From Callorhinchus milii (lineage: Eukaryota): a DNA stretch of 64,000 nucleotides. Positions 1 to 15,029 of this stretch are shown here, one piece after another. Below the pieces are notes generated by a model. That model was given only the letters and a program-made list of their open reading frames with translations, searched no databases and was not told where the DNA came from. How positions within the stretch are numbered: the first letter of the stretch is position 1; each line of letters begins with the position of its first letter. The stretch spans positions 93,002,001 to 93,066,000 of the forward strand of contig NW_024704743.1 in assembly GCF_018977255.1 (NCBI RefSeq). Reading direction: 5' to 3'. Position numbers and translations under genes: made by a program.

Positions 1-384
1 ATAATTTTTTTGTCTCACACTTATAATCAACATTAGCAACAAGGCTAGGAGTCTAAAGGTATATGATAACAAGATGGTAGGAGATGCACTCTGATATGTG
101 GAATTTGCAGTTTCATCTCAAATATGCCAATGACATATTCAGAGGATTTAAGTCAGCCCAGATTCAGCAGTTGTTCAATGACTGCAGAAACATAGGAATT
201 ATTTTTATATCCATCATGATGCTTTGTCACAAAAACTCTCATTATTATGTCTTCAGAAAGAAGAGGAAAACCCTAGGGGCTAAGAGAGTTACTTATGGAG
301 TAAACTGGGAAACAGTTGGAAGATATTCTGTATTCTTAAGCCAACTGAAAAGTAACAACTTTGAAGGAGGCATTTCCAATATTT

Positions 385-1016
385 AGGAGGGTGACCAAAG
401 GCATGGTCGAAGAGTAGGGTCTTGAGATGGGTCTTGAAAGAGGAATGGGAGGGGTCAATGCAGAGGGACTGTAGGGTGGAATTCCAGAGGGTGGGGGCAG
501 AGAGGCTGAAGACCAATGATGAGATGAGTAAGGTGGGGGAAGCAGGCCAGAGCCCCCTGAGTGGAAAGAGTGGACAGGTCAGTAAGGGGTTTGGAAGCCG
601 TAGAGGTGAGGGGCAAGGACGTGGAGGGCCTTGAAGGTGTGGGTGAGGATTTTGAACTCTATCCACTGGAAGATGAGGAGACAGTAGAGCTGGGCGAGGG
701 TGGGGCTGATAGGGTCGCGGAGCCGGTGCGGGAGTTGACAAGGGCTGCACAGTTTTGAATGATCTGTAGCCTGTCAAGGAAGGCGTTGGGAAAGCCGACA
801 AGCGGGGAGTTTGCATAGGCAAGCCTAGATTTGATAAATGCGTAGATGAGGATCTTGGCGGCCTGCAGTGAAAATCAGTAATGGAGCCGGGCAATATTGC
901 GGAGATGGGGAAAAGCAGAGTGATCATGGCACAGATGTGGAGGATGAAGGACATTTGAGGGTTGAACAGGATGCTGAGATTTTGTATTGGCTCCATGAGG
1001 TGTAGAGTGCACCCAT
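385..1016 (-). mobile_element. L2-clade LINE 3' fragment (degenerate RT C-terminus)
   Basis: Remnants GCTLHL.EPIQNLSILFNPQMSF and FSLSAPTLWNS...SSFKTHLKTLLFDHAF align to the full-length L2 at 55.7-56.4 kb. Confidence 0.85.
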
Positions 1017-3036
1017 CCATAAGTAAATTAGGATGGATGGAGGCTTATGTGGAGTATAAACATTTATATATCAGTACAGACTAATTGAGCCAAATGCTCT
1101 GTTTGGGTGATGAAGAGTCTATGTAATTCTATAAATTGCACTTCTTGCTCCTCCAATGATTCAGATAGTTCAGTCAATGAGTGGCTGAGCTGTAAAGACT
1201 GGGAGAGTTAGATCTAAACTTTGTTTTGAATCAGCTGATCTCAGACTAAGCAGTTGTGATGCAGTTGACCTGTGCATACTGTTTTACAAGGTTCCCACTC
1301 CCAATGGGCATCCACAAATTCCTTATGAAAACAAGCAGGTCAAGTCTTGAGAGTGTTTGGCTGTGACATCTCTTGCAGTTGAATATCCTCCCAGCACTCA
1401 CTGGAAGGCTATCGTATCCGATTGCATCTTGGATGATATATCGGACACAAACCTGTGCGCAAGAACCATACTCTCAAAAGACAACAAAAAGGAGTCAAAT
1501 TCCTTCCAAAAAGGAGGGAATTAATGTTGGAATAGATTGGCAAGGAAAATGAAGGAAAATATTCCCCAACTAAAGTTCTTACCTGTTTAACTAATATATT
1601 CTGTAACTAAAAATATAGGTTGTCAACGTATTCTGGAAAAGTTAACATTTCCCAAACTACAGTAAGGAGCATTACATGACACATATCTTATTACACTGAT
1701 GCACTAAATAATGCATTGTGAAGGGATAAACAATGGATATATGAACGGTCCCTTGGTGTTCTTAAATTGTTATGTGATTTGTGACTACTTTTCATGCAAA
1801 TGCTGGTCTCAAACCAATTGTGATGCAAATTGTATTTGTCCACAGTTCAGACTTACCTTTGGCTACTTTTGCAATGCATTCATTACGGCTGTGCTTTATT
1901 TTTTTCTTCATTTTGTCTTCTTTCCTGAAGATAATGATTTAACTGGTTCCATGGATCCTGGCACTGCTCAAATACTTTGCCTTGAAACAGTGGTGACAGG
2001 ATATGGAACCATGAAAGATATCGTAACACATATCAAAGTTATTCACTGTCCACAAGCACATGCTTACCATCAGGAGTCACAGTTTAATGATCTGAGGATT
2101 GAACTGGTTCTTTGCACTCTTCTTCCTGGGTACACTCAAGTCAAGATTTCATATTTATTATGCATGAAAGGAAAAAGCAATTGAAATAACTGTAGACTGG
2201 TGAGGGTTTGGTATGATGGATAGCAAGGGTGCACCACTTCACATTTAGTAGAGGAAAATAAGACAGGATTTCCCTTCCTGATTGTTATCCACTGACTCCT
2301 GATGGGAAATGTAAACAGTAGTGGGAATTTATTCTGGAATCCCTCATCAGTGACAAAATAACTGAGTATATAGGTTGTGTTAACTGATTAGGCTGAATCT
2401 ATATGAGTTTGTGAAAGGTAGAACATACCTGACTAACTTAATCAAGTTCTTTGGCAGACCACTGAAGTAATAAAGGATAGATGTTCCCTAGATGGTTTAT
2501 TTGATAAATTTCCATCCAATAAATTGCAAGCTACAATTGAGGTGCATGGATTTGGAGGTAAACGGTACTGATAGAAAATTAGCTCAGAGGCTGGAGGCAG
2601 AGGTAGAACAAAAGAGACATATTGTAATTGGTGGGTAATGACATGTGCAGGTTGTACCCAATGCTCAGTGCTGATGATTTCATACATAAATACAATATAA
2701 TTTACATAGCTGTAGTGCCTTTCCAGATTGAGAGGCTGTCTCAAAATGCTTTACACAGAGCACTGAGCACCTGAGCTGGATGGTGGGTTTGGTGGGAGGT
2801 AGATGACCGAAAACACTGTGAAAGGGATAAGGCAGCCGGGATCGAGTTGAAGGGACTCCAGTTAAATAAATAATAATAATAAGTCTTGTAGTTTTGCATT
2901 TGATGAAACTCCTTATCACGTTGTTGAAACAACTCACAGTCCTTTACAGGATTCACTATAGAGTGTGGTACATGTGCATTTTAGAGGCAAACTGATCGAA
3001 ATTTGGTAGAGAGGTGAGTGTATCAAGGTGGAAGCG

Positions 3037-3695
3037 GTCAGAGGCAATAAGACCAGTAGGTTTTTAACAGCTTCCTGGGGGATGCAGAGAGCTATTTAAC
3101 TCATTTGGAATAATCCTTACACTTCATAGTGCCTATAATGTTGAAATGATTCAAAGGGCTTTACAGATAATTGCTATCAGACAGTGACTGTGCATTTGCA
3201 AGAAAACCTGTCAGCCATGAGAAGGAGGCAAGTGAGACCATTGCTAACAACTGAAGAGTTTGTCAATGAAGCTATTTTGTTAATATAATTCAGTGCCCAG
3301 ATGATGTTGTTGGATTGTGAGAATGTTTTTCACATGTCAGTAGATCTAATAACATTGATTTATTTACCTAATCCAAGTTATCACCACACCATTTGTTTAT
3401 AGTAAACTTTTAGTACTACAATTGGATAAAATGGAATAAATGCCCAGCCCACATATTCAGAAGCAGTTGCCCACAAAAAATAATTTCAACATTTCCATCC
3501 AAAAGAGTATTTGATAAAATCTATGGCAAAAAACTTGAATCATGTAGTAAATATTAAAACCATCTTCAAACATCAGTTTGGTGGATGAGATGCAATTCTT
3601 CTCTACTTGTTCAAAGCTCCTCCTTAAAGCGAATTTGCAGAAACTGCACTTTACAGTCTATCATGTGAAATGCTTTGCGATGTCCTCCTGATGTG
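3037..3695 (+). repeat. Local duplicated segment, copy of 5696-6338
   Basis: Near base-by-base alignment over ~650 bp beginning GTCAGAGGCAATA. Confidence 0.92.
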
Positions 3696-3849
3696 CCTAT
3701 TTTGGAGGCAAACTGATCGAAATCAGATATAGAGGGTAGTGTATCCAAGCTTTCAAATACTACTAAGCTAATGAAAAAGAAAGAAAAAGATTAAATGAGT
3801 GGGCCAAATTATGGAAAATGCAATTAACAAATAAATCTGAGTTTATAGA

Positions 3850-4527
3850 CTTTGTACCCTCAGCTGTCCTTCCTTCCCCACATCCAGTACTTGACCAGGA
3901 CTGCCTTCATCCACCTCCGCCACATTGCCGTGCCTTACTCCAGACGCAGCCGAAACACTCACCCATGCGTCCTTCACCACCCGACTCAACTTCCAAATGC
4001 CGTCTATGCCGGTATCCCCCAGCTCCACCATGCACAGGATCCAGCTGATCCAAAACTCTGACGCCCACATACTCACCCATACTAAACTCCATACCTCCAT
4101 CACACTAGTTTTTGCCTGGCTCCACCTATCACCAGAATGGATTGATTTCAAGATCCTCACACTCGTTTTGGAATCCCTTCATATCTTGGCACCTCCTTAT
4201 CTCTCCTACCTGCTTACCCTCAACTCACAACCCAATGCCTCTGCTTGACTGGCTCTGGCCTTCTGCATGTCCCTCAGGCCCTCCGTTCCACCATTGGTGG
4301 ACGCACTTTCAGACACTATACTCCGAAACTCTGGAACACTTGATCTATCCCTTCATTTTGCCCCTTTCTTCCCCATCTTCAGGTTGCGCCTGAAGACCTT
4401 CCTATTCGACCGTGCCTATGGTCACTTCCCACTCCCCCGGCTCAATGTCATGCTTCGCCACTTTCAAGCATTGTGAGATGCTACCCTGCGTGAGGCGCTC
4501 TATAAATGCAAATTGTTGTTGTTGTTG
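3850..4527 (+). mobile_element. L2 LINE 3' fragment nested in CR1
   Basis: PQLSFLPHI, AAETLTHA, IQNS, WLHL..WIDFKIL motifs; ends in TATAAATGCAAA-(TTG)n tail. Confidence 0.88.
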
Positions 4528-5695
4528 GACATGCAAATAAGGGTGTGAACACTTTCTAAGAGAGAAGCATTGGGGCGGAGGAATAGGTGAACAGAAGGAT
4601 TAAGAGACCCAGGTACATAAATCATCAAAAAGTCATGGAATGCTAGGATTTTATCACAAGAGGTCCAAATATCAAAACAAAAGAAACTGTATCACAAATA
4701 TACAGAAGAATGGTTAGTCCTCATCTGGAGCGTTCTGCTTATTTTAGGAAGAATATACCCTAGACTTCGAAAAATTCACAGACTATTTACTAAGATGATG
4801 CCTGGAAAAGAGTTCAGTTAAAATGAAATGACAAATTAAATTCCCAAGAGTTGAATTTCTTAAGTGGTGACCTAATTTGTGTTCAAACATTATGAGGACA
4901 TTGACAAGATAGATAGTGAATATGTATTCCTTCTTAGTAACCAAATCCAGAACAATTGGACATAATCTTTAAAATTAAAATTAACCCTGTTAACAGTGAA
5001 TCCCAGGAACATTTTTACAGGTAGAGTTGTGGGAATACAATGTGCAATGCTTCTGCTGGGGAAACATGTGCAATCTATCAACTGAGCAGTTTATAAGGGA
5101 GATAGATAGATTCTTGGGAAGTAATAATATTTAAAAAATTTGAGCAAAGGCAGGTAAAAGAAATTGGAAAAGATGATACTAAGATAATGGAACAAACTAG
5201 ATGGTCTGAATAGCCAGCTCCTATTTCTAATTCCAGCAACTCCAAAAATGTCTAGTTGAGGTCAGTGAACTCAAAATAGACCAGGAATTAAACTTGTTTC
5301 TATTTTGCTTTTGAACCTTTAGGTGAGGCTTGTGATGGCAACAGACATCATATGACCACCATTACTGGCACTCAAAACATTTCCGAAAAGTTGGTTAAGA
5401 TGTATCAACAACTTGCATTTATACAGTGCCCTTTATGGAGGGTAATATCTCAGAGATCTTGATAGGAATGGGATTGAGCCGAGGGGAGTGGCCATAGATG
5501 TGCAAGAGATAAGATGTTGATCATAGGATTGACATGAATTCATGAGAAAGACATCCTGACAGCTGATTCAGTCAATCTACAGATGGTGGCCCACTATCAC
5601 AACATATGGACAGGAGTTTTAGGGAAGAGCACAGAAGCCAGAATTAAATCAAAATTTATGAGTGATGTGGAGGGGGAAGTAAACAAAGCAACGTA

Positions 5696-6338
5696 GTCAG
5701 AGGCAATAGACCAGCAGATTTGTAACAGCTTCCTGGAGGATGCAGAGCCATTTAGCTCATTTGGAATAATCCTTGCATTTCATAGTGCCTATAATGTTGA
5801 AATGATTCAAAGGGCTTTACAGATAATTGCTATCAAACAGTTACTGTGCATTTGCAGGCAAAACATGATAGCATTAGAAGGAGGCAAGTGAGACCATTGC
5901 TAACATCTGAAGAGTTTGTTAATGAAGCTATTTTGTTAATATAATTCAGTACTCAGATGCATTCTGTAATTTTTTTTCACATGCGTCAGTAGATCTAATA
6001 ACATTGATTTATTTACCTCATCCAAATTATCACCACACCATTTGTGTATAGTAAACCTTTAGTACTACAATTGCACATAATAGAACAAATGCCCAGCCCA
6101 CATATTGAGAAGCAGTTGCTAACAAAAAATTATTTCAACATTTCCACCCACAAAAGGTATGTGGTACAATCAATGGAAAAAAATCTTGCATCATGTAGTG
6201 AAAATCAAATGCATCTCCAAACATCGGTTTGGTGGATAATCTTCTCTGCTTGTTTAAAGCTCCTCCATAAAATAAATTTGCAGCCACTGCACTTTACAGT
6301 CTGTCATATGAAGTGCTCTGAGATGTCCTAATGACGTG
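5696..6338 (+). repeat. Local duplicated segment, probable source copy
   Basis: Aligns to 3037-3695 but continues into an intact SINE tail ending (ATT)n at ~6383. Confidence 0.92.
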
Positions 6339-8860
6339 AATAATGCTACACCAAATGCAAAGATTGTCATTATTATTATTATTCAATAGGTGTGTATTCA
6401 GCAGTTTAAATATGCACTTAAAACCTTACTTAAACAGGCCACATGAACTGCTGTGAAGGTGATTTAAAATGATACGTGGTGTAGGATAGGGTGTGACTAC
6501 GGAGCTAAGATCATTGATGGAGCACAGTAAATGACATTTCTCTCCTGCACTATCCTGTACCTGACATGGAAGTGATTTATACTAAAAATAAAAAGCAGGA
6601 ATAGGAAAATGTTCCGTTGTCCTGCACAAATGTACCTCTGGCCTTAAAAAGCATATAATACTCTCAAAATAAAATGCATTTGTAAGGAAAGGGGCTGGGT
6701 ATATTTTCTGCATTCCAAATCTTGAAAAAAAATACCAGGAATGATTCCTGGTAAATGTACTGTGTTTGTCAGCTTATGTAATCTTACTGTTTACTGAACA
6801 GTAACTGAACCCCTCCACCCCCACCTTCTTCAAAGGCCCGACTATCTCAATGAGCCTCACTCAAATTAAATTATCTCATGGTCACCCTGCACACAGGGCG
6901 AAAGAACCAAATCTTGTCCAAGAAACACTGAAGAAATGATCAGAAATATACAGCTGTCTTTACTGACATAAAATCTGGACTCATCCTCCCATGAAACCAT
7001 AGATATAATTGAAAATATTGGTTGTGCAGTAATGATTTGGTTTATAATATCAATGAGCATCAGAAAAACTATGTTGCTAAAATAAAATAGCAATAATTCT
7101 AGTTCTGTACATGAGTACTTTGTGTCCGTCCGTTACTGTCTACAATAATATTGGGGTTACATTACTGTCTTCCTACTTTGCGTTTCACCAAACGGTGCTG
7201 CACTATGTATCAGAAGAACCTAATGGTTTGAAAATAAAGGAAGAAACCCAAGCAATTCAAAGATACTGTCCTTTTCCCACCTTTTCTGGTACCGCTACCA
7301 AACCTCCTTCAATATAAACTATAATTTGACACTGAAAATTGAAGACCATTAAACTACCATCTTGCCTTATTGCTGGAAACGCCAAGGATTCCTCTAAATG
7401 GAAAACGATTTACTTTCTGGGGATCCTGCTTTCTCTGCAGCCTCTGATATTTAGCCCTTTTCTACTAAACAACCAGTTTGTCAAATTAGTATGTTTACAG
7501 TAAGAGCAGAGAGTGTGGTATGTATGAGTTCTATGAGGACTTTTGACTGTTGCCGTGAAGCTTCAGTGAGCACAACTCTCCAGAGATCAGGTTCTAGATG
7601 TGCCTTTCTGGAGTGGAAAGCGCATAGAGCCTGAGGCCACACATCCCTGAATCACAGACCTGTATTCATGGAGAGTGAGTTAGAAAGCAGCATTGCGCTG
7701 CTTATTTTTCTTCAATATTTAATAAGGAAAAACGATGCTCTGTGATAACGTTTTGAAACAAAGCAAAACTCCCCCTCATCGGTTGTCAAGCCTTCAGCAG
7801 GAAATCTTATGCTGCCACTCGCAGTAACCTGCCTTAGTTCTAAAAATAAAGATGTACCATATAAACGTGAATGCACTATGTCGATTTATGGTTGTTGCTA
7901 AAGCTTTTGAGATTAATATCCAGTTGGCTTTGTTTGGCTGATTTCCTGTGGACAACCTTGAGCAATATTATCGTCTCAGCAAACTTCTCCCTCTCTCGTA
8001 ATATGTATGCACATAAACAATTACACGCACAAAAACAGACATTAGGAAAATATTAGGAATGATATGTTTGAGCGAAAAGACGGACACATTTTATGAACCT
8101 ATTTAAGGATACTGAGCTGCACTTCATCTATAGAGTTAGCCATATCAACATACATTACATTTTAAACCCAAATGAATGAATCTCATACTTAACCTCTCAT
8201 AATGCAAAAGAAAAAATGTATGGGTTTGTTTGTTATACATGAGTGAGATTCGACATATGTCTGAAATCCATAAATACAAAATCTCACATGGACTAATTAG
8301 CAACCAATTGCTCCCATAATGTTACTTCTGGTAAAAGTGGAACCATTATGTCAGGAAATATGGAATAATAATAACATTGATTCTTCAATCTAACAACATA
8401 AATTACACTTTTTAAACATATATGTTTGAAATGTTCATGAAAGCGAAAATAGTCTGAGTAGAGATGAGGAATACAGAATAATGTCAGCTAACATTGAATT
8501 GCAAATTTGGATCAGAACAATTAAAATTGATAATATCCAGTTTATATATGGAAGATCCAGATGTTAAAGCTTGGCTTCGGATCGGGTGGTTAATTCCCCA
8601 GACATTGTTAGACTGAACAGGTGACATAAAAACAGAAAGCCATGAAATAAAAATGAGTACGATAAAGAGAGACACCAAAAAAGCTGTAATTTGATGAAGT
8701 ATTGACTACAAGCTCACTAACTTAGTAAAGTGTTCGCCCTCCTTTTCTTATGCAAAGATAATAATCTTTCCCTATCTCTCTCCAAACAGAATTTCTAGAC
8801 AAATGAACAAACCTCCATGTTTGCTTATTTCTGCATCTCAGCAGCGTTAAATGGGTTTTA

Positions 8861-8920
8861 TGAATTGCTAGGGTATGAATTGGTGGGATATGAATTGGTG
8901 GGATATGAATTGTTGGCGTG
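8861..8920. repeat. 15-bp tandem repeat (ATGAATTGGTGGGAT), about 4 units
   Basis: Direct read; two perfect central units with degenerate flanking units. Confidence 0.8.
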
Positions 8921-10190
8921 AAAGTAATCAAGTTAGCTAAATGGTGAAAAATGTGAACAGAACACATTGTCAGTGGCAGCTGATTTCTTACTTAAATAAC
9001 CACCACTATGTTTCACATTCAGTAATGACTGTAGGCAGATCGATGGCATTCGGGGTTAGTACTGGTTTGTTAGTTCAATGCACTGCACATGAAATGTATG
9101 TTAAAAGTTACATTGCTGCTAAAACTGCCAGAATATACAGCCAGTCAAACTGATAATTGACGCCAGGCCAATCCACACACAATACTGCAATAGGTTTACA
9201 TTGATATATAATTGTTATTTCTTAAGACACCCCTTACCTTTCGCCTCAGATGATATCATAGAACGATTCGGGATGTCGGCTCGCAATAAAAGGAAATAAA
9301 TCAAGCTTTAAGGAATCCACCTGCAAAGAAGTTAAAGTGCTGAATGCCTGTGAAATGAGGACGACAGAATTGCATTCTATACTACACTATCCAGAACGGA
9401 AATTGTGACTTTTACGGATCTTTATACTGCTGCTACACTTTTAAATACTTACTAAAGCAGTAGAATTTGTGCCCCACACACGCACAAAATTAGATTTGAA
9501 GTTTATTCATACATTACAATAAATAGGTGTAATTCTGAATTACATTATCCAATTAAAAATTGGATTAGAAACATTGTGCTATGGAAAGCTAAAGTGCGTA
9601 TTCTGAAACTTGAATAAAATCGAGATTCAGATATTTTTAACCAAACAGATGTAGTCCCCCTATCTTGGGTTTAAATGATTTAAACCAAAGATAGGAGTGA
9701 TGAGCCTAGTAGCTGGATATTAAATGTATCTATTCACTTATTGCCCCTCCACAAAAAAGGATAATAAAGAGACCAAGTGTAACAAGTATATTCAGACATT
9801 GTTTTTATTAATAGTAAATAGTTCCACTAATCCATCTGATACTACATAGGTGGCCCATTTTATACCAGGAGTCATCTTGGCTGATAGTATCCTCTGAATT
9901 GTTTGTTTTACATTTGATCAACATCCTAAGGACAATTCATGTATAATTAATGTGATTTTTTTTTCTCCTTTTACTTTGGCTGGACTTTGCGCATTCCTTT
10001 CTCCCTATAAAATAATCCACCAGAACCAAGATTATTTTAAGTCGTTTGCACAATTTGCCAGCAATTGATGAATAATCCATCTAAGAAACTCTTCAAAATT
10101 TAATAATGTTAAAAGAAATCTGCATTTAACTTTTGTTGTTAAAATTTGGATCAGAATATAGAAAGAATTGACTTTTTTTTGTAATACTGT

Positions 10191-10196
10191 TTTATT
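10191..10196 (-). terminator. Candidate polyadenylation signal (AATAAA) of CBLN2
   Basis: TTTATT on + about 925 nt downstream of the stop codon. Further AATAAA hexamers at 9804-9809 and 9502-9507. Confidence 0.5.
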
Positions 10197-11120
10197 AAAT
10201 CTAAACATCAAAATGTCATTTAGATTTTACTCAATAAATGTTGCACAATTACAGGTACTCTGCAATCACAAAGATAAGGTTATAGATATCACTTAGCTAG
10301 AAAATAGCAGGAAATACTAAAGAGAATTCACATTTTCCTCAATAAAATTAAAAGCAAACAACGCAAAACTTGAAATAAGGAGAATTGGAGGACTTTCAAT
10401 AGTTGTGTGTGCGGTAGAAGATCAAAGGATCATTCCAAAGCACATCAATAAATAATTGGGTCAATTTGTTACAATCATCCCTTTGCACGTTATGTACGTT
10501 ATGTACCTATAGATTACTTTGTCTGCACCCAAACAAGGTAAAAGAACACCACAACAACACAAAAAAATGCTTCCATCGTGCAAAAAATCGTTTTGTGATA
10601 AAGCACTTCTTCAAAACGAGCTCACCCCACAGAAACGACACATGTATTTTTTTTCCCCATATTCCAAAAAACACGCCACTGAATTTGGAGCTGTTCTTTT
10701 ACTTTAAGGCTATATACGACACGAGAGAAAGCATTGCTAGAACATTTAAATCAAAACCGTGACTTTGCTTTTTTTACGCTGTCGAATCGTCAGCTTTGTA
10801 GAGAAGATGTAGCAGTCAGTGGAGGTTTGGGTCTCCAGACAGTAATCCGCCCAGGATAACATCCAGTTTCCGCTTTTTTAGCCAGAAATCGTCCTTGTTG
10901 GGGAATTCATTTGATATCCTAAAGAGAGCTGTCACCAGAACTACTTAGTACCACGTTGGCCAAGGCAAATGTCACTGATCAAAGAAATTATTCTAATTGG
11001 TAGGTAATCAGTCTGTCCCTATGTAGCAGTTAGGAGGATTTGGTATAATAATTTTACTGTTCCATAGCCAGATTGAGAGTGTATTTGGCGACTTGATTCT
11101 CTTTCAAAGGGCCGATCCCC

Positions 11121-11360
<240 letters not shown>

Positions 11361-11708
11361 TTAACTGTACCAAATGCACCCTTCCAAATTAGTTCCTATT
11401 AGTTATCGTTTTCATTTTATTTACACTGTAATCGCCGCCCTCGGAGTGTCACACAAACGCCATCGTCGGCCCAATCAGTTGTTTTCCCCCATTGCACAAC
11501 GAGAAAGTTGTTCAGTTTCGTTTGCATCATTTTCCCATTTCCTTACTCTTTCCCCTCTATATTTCCATCTCCCTGTTTGGTTCGCACATCCCTCCTTACT
11601 GCCCGCAACCAACGTATGATATTGTTCCAAGTGCATTCTTTTAAAATACCAATTCAAATTCTATTCTGGTTTCATTCTTTTGCATTATCGTAAAGCAACA
11701 ATTGATTA

Positions 11709-11909
<201 letters not shown>

Positions 11910-12729
11910 TCAGTTGGGATATGTGTCATTATTTCTGGGGTGAAGAATTAAGCATCAGGGATTAGTTTGAATAGCGCACAGGATTTGCTCTCCTCCTCCT
12001 CGGATTCACTGAGTCTGAAATTCCTCACATTAAAGCCCCACAACGCAGCATTTCCCACGTTAATATCAGTCGTTTCAGGAAAGGGTGACCCACAGCCTTG
12101 GCTTTGCGTCAAGTGATTGTTCCCAAATACTTGGAATGGCATTACACGAGTTAAATCCGCGTCCCGCAAACTATAATTCGTGGAAGAATTAGTCGGAAGG
12201 CACTTGTCAATTTCAGTTGAAGTTTCACGCGGAAATTCGAGCCAAAGTTTTTTTTTAAAAAAAAAACAAGTGATCCGGGGTGAAGGCACACATTTATTTA
12301 AACAATCTCCCGCAATCTCCAAAGCTTCCCCTGCAGTCTATTTACTCGATCACGCCCCATGCAGTGCATTTAAGGGACTATGGGTTTAGAAAACGTTGCA
12401 TTATTGAAAGAGATAACTGTGCAAAGGCAATATCCCTCAATGGGACCGTCACTAAAACATAAGCTTTAGAGAGAGTGAGTGAACGAGGTTTTTTTTTAAA
12501 AAAAAACAGATGTGGTTCCTGTTAAGTGGATCATCCAGATTTTTTCTCCCCGTTCAGTCCATTTCAACAATACATGTTGCATTGAGTGTGTGTAATATAA
12601 TCATGTTGGGAGTTTGTAACTGGAGCTGGGGTTGAGGAGGGGGAAGCAGGAGGCAAATAGAAAGGGGGCAAATAGAAAGGATGGGAGGTTGGCAGTGAGA
12701 TGAGAGGACAGACGCGCAAAAACAGATCA

Positions 12730-13143
<414 letters not shown>

Positions 13144-13159
13144 TCACCCTGCACGGATG

Positions 13160-13205
13160 CTCTCTCTCTCTCTCTCTCTCTCACTCTCGCTCTCTCTCTC
13201 TCTCC
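13160..13205. repeat. (CT)n microsatellite in CBLN2 5' UTR
   Basis: Direct read. Similar tracts at 13561-13612 and 14130-14170. Confidence 0.9.
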
Positions 13206-13384
13206 CCCCGACGCCTTTCCTGCCGACAGTCTCTCCAGTCCAGCCTCCTATAGGATGCAAGAATGTTCCTCAGTTTGTTTGGATGTCACAGCCCTGTAAG
13301 AAGACAAAATCAATCCAAAATGCCCAGGCAGAATCCAATGCACCATCCGACACGACAGATCATAGCGTAAGATAAAACTGTTAC

Positions 13385-13498
13385 CTTATGGCTTCTGTTG
13401 CATTTTTGCCCTTTGCAAATCAATGGGAAATTCACCCCCTCCCCACCCCACCCCACCACACCCAGCCCCCCCCCCCCCCCAACCCCCCACCCCCCCAC
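13385..13498 (-). other. CBLN2: Putative non-coding 5' UTR exon of CBLN2
   Basis: Acceptor TTTAACGTGCAG (AG at 13500-13499) and donor AAG/GTAACA (GT at 13384-13383). A 91-nt intron would end in the strong acceptor TTTTGTCTTCTTACAG (AG at 13295-13294) ahead of the ATG exon. Confidence 0.45.
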
Positions 13499-13499
13499 C

Positions 13500-13560
13500 T
13501 GCACGTTAAAGTGATCGAGCAATTCTAAAATTGAAGTTGAGTGCTATCTTTCTTTCCCCA

Positions 13561-13595
<35 letters not shown>

Positions 13596-14480
13596 CTTCT
13601 CCTCTCCTCCTCTCCCGCGATCTTCCAAGTTGGGATGTGAAGCAGCCGAACGAACGCCTCCCTCAATAAACAACGCCGCCGGGTCGTGCGGATCTTGTGT
13701 CAGAGATCATTCCTGCGCTCAGCGTCCCGCATCCATCCTCCACGCAGTCACAGTTCCAGAAAGTTGTCGTGCATTCACTCGCGAAAAAAATTTTTTTTTT
13801 TGATATATATACGTAAAAAAAATAATAAAGAAAAACTCCCGAACGATGCCCCTCAAGAAATCCTGGAGCAAATAATCTCGAGGCACTTGTTTCCACCCCC
13901 ACCCCCCGTTTGAAGCGATCTCAAGTTATAATATAATAATGAGTTGGGTCAAATGTTCAGTGGTGTTTAGCTCTCCCTCACTGTCCAGCGGCTCTACCCT
14001 AAAGCGCACTGTCTTTTGCTGACTTCAATGTGCTTTAAACATGACACTTGGTGCTGAAATACCCACACACTGGATGATGGCGTTTACCTGGCAGATGCAT
14101 GTTGGCATTGACAGTGTGATGGCTCTCGCCCTCCCTCTCTCTCCCTCTCTCCCTCTCTCTCTGTCTCTCTCAAACTGAGGGGTGAGGGGAATGAGCTGGG
14201 GATCCGCTGGCAGTCAGAAAGCACGAGTGTCTTTCCCCTCCTCTCATTCTCTCACACACGCCAGCACAGGGCACAGGGCACAGGACACAGGACACGGGCA
14301 TCCACTGTAACTCAGGTGGGTACCAGCTCAAAGCACTCAGGCAAGACACACCAGCCTTTTTAAACAGCCCTGATCCGTGGCACATCGACCGCTTTACTGT
14401 GGCGTCCCCCGACCCTCCCCACAGATATATTAAGAATACTGCACCTATTCGTCACTTCGTGATGTAGGATTTCAAGGTAA
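13500..14480 (-). promoter_or_regulatory. CBLN2: Probable CBLN2 promoter / first non-coding exon region
   Basis: Raised CpG content, GA/CT microsatellites, candidate donor CAG/GTAAAC (GT at 14087-14086) and TTTAAAA at ~14357-14363 on the minus strand. TSS not determinable from sequence. Confidence 0.4.
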
Positions 14481-15029
14481 TTCACCCAAGACCAGTTTCA
14501 CGTCGGCAGGGAACACACTTGCAGTCAGTGGCTGCTCATATTGATTCAGAACAACTGGGGTCTGACCTCCACAGACACTCATTTATTTAAACTGTGGATA
14601 AGATCTAAAGGGCAGGAATCGGTCGTGGAGTTTTCTTTAATTGCAGATAAACTTTGCACGTCTGTTTTATTTTAATGGTGGTGTGAAATTTCCGCATCCC
14701 GAAGCTGAATTTTCTTTTTACGTTCAAAAAAAAATAGCAAGAGGTTATTGCATTGTAAACCACATCGCAGAGCTTCAAGTACACTTGCACAAACACGATA
14801 AAACATTGTAATTGCCTGAGTGAATTTTATTCCAGGCGTTTGTCCAGACAACATACACGGGCACCACCATGTGGTTACAGGGTGAAATGCTTTTTTACTC
14901 TGTTTCCAAACCTTCCTCCCAGGCATTTGGGAACAAAGTCATGGGGCAAAATTTGGTATGTGATAGTTATCACCCGTGAAAATGTTCATATGGCAAATTT
15001 CCCTCCAATGTAACAAAATATATGCTTTT

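Larger units (their letters stand above)
2400..5240 (+). mobile_element. Old, heavily interrupted CR1-clade LINE (RT to 3' end)
   Basis: Degenerate LTNLI.FF, SKF...TKL, EWA..W.M and VRPHLE-type remnants in order, then a CR1-like 3' end near 5180-5240. Split by L2/SINE insertions and a local duplication. Confidence 0.6.

Noticed and set aside
1150..2400. 157-aa ORF 1711-2184 and neighbouring faint SINE-like stretches
   Set aside because: The ORF has no domain or splice support; the flanking repeats are too decayed to classify.
14043..14060. REST/RE1 site near the neuronal gene (TTCAGCACC half-sites here and at ~16889)
   Set aside because: Only the left half matches; no GGACAG half at a usable spacing.
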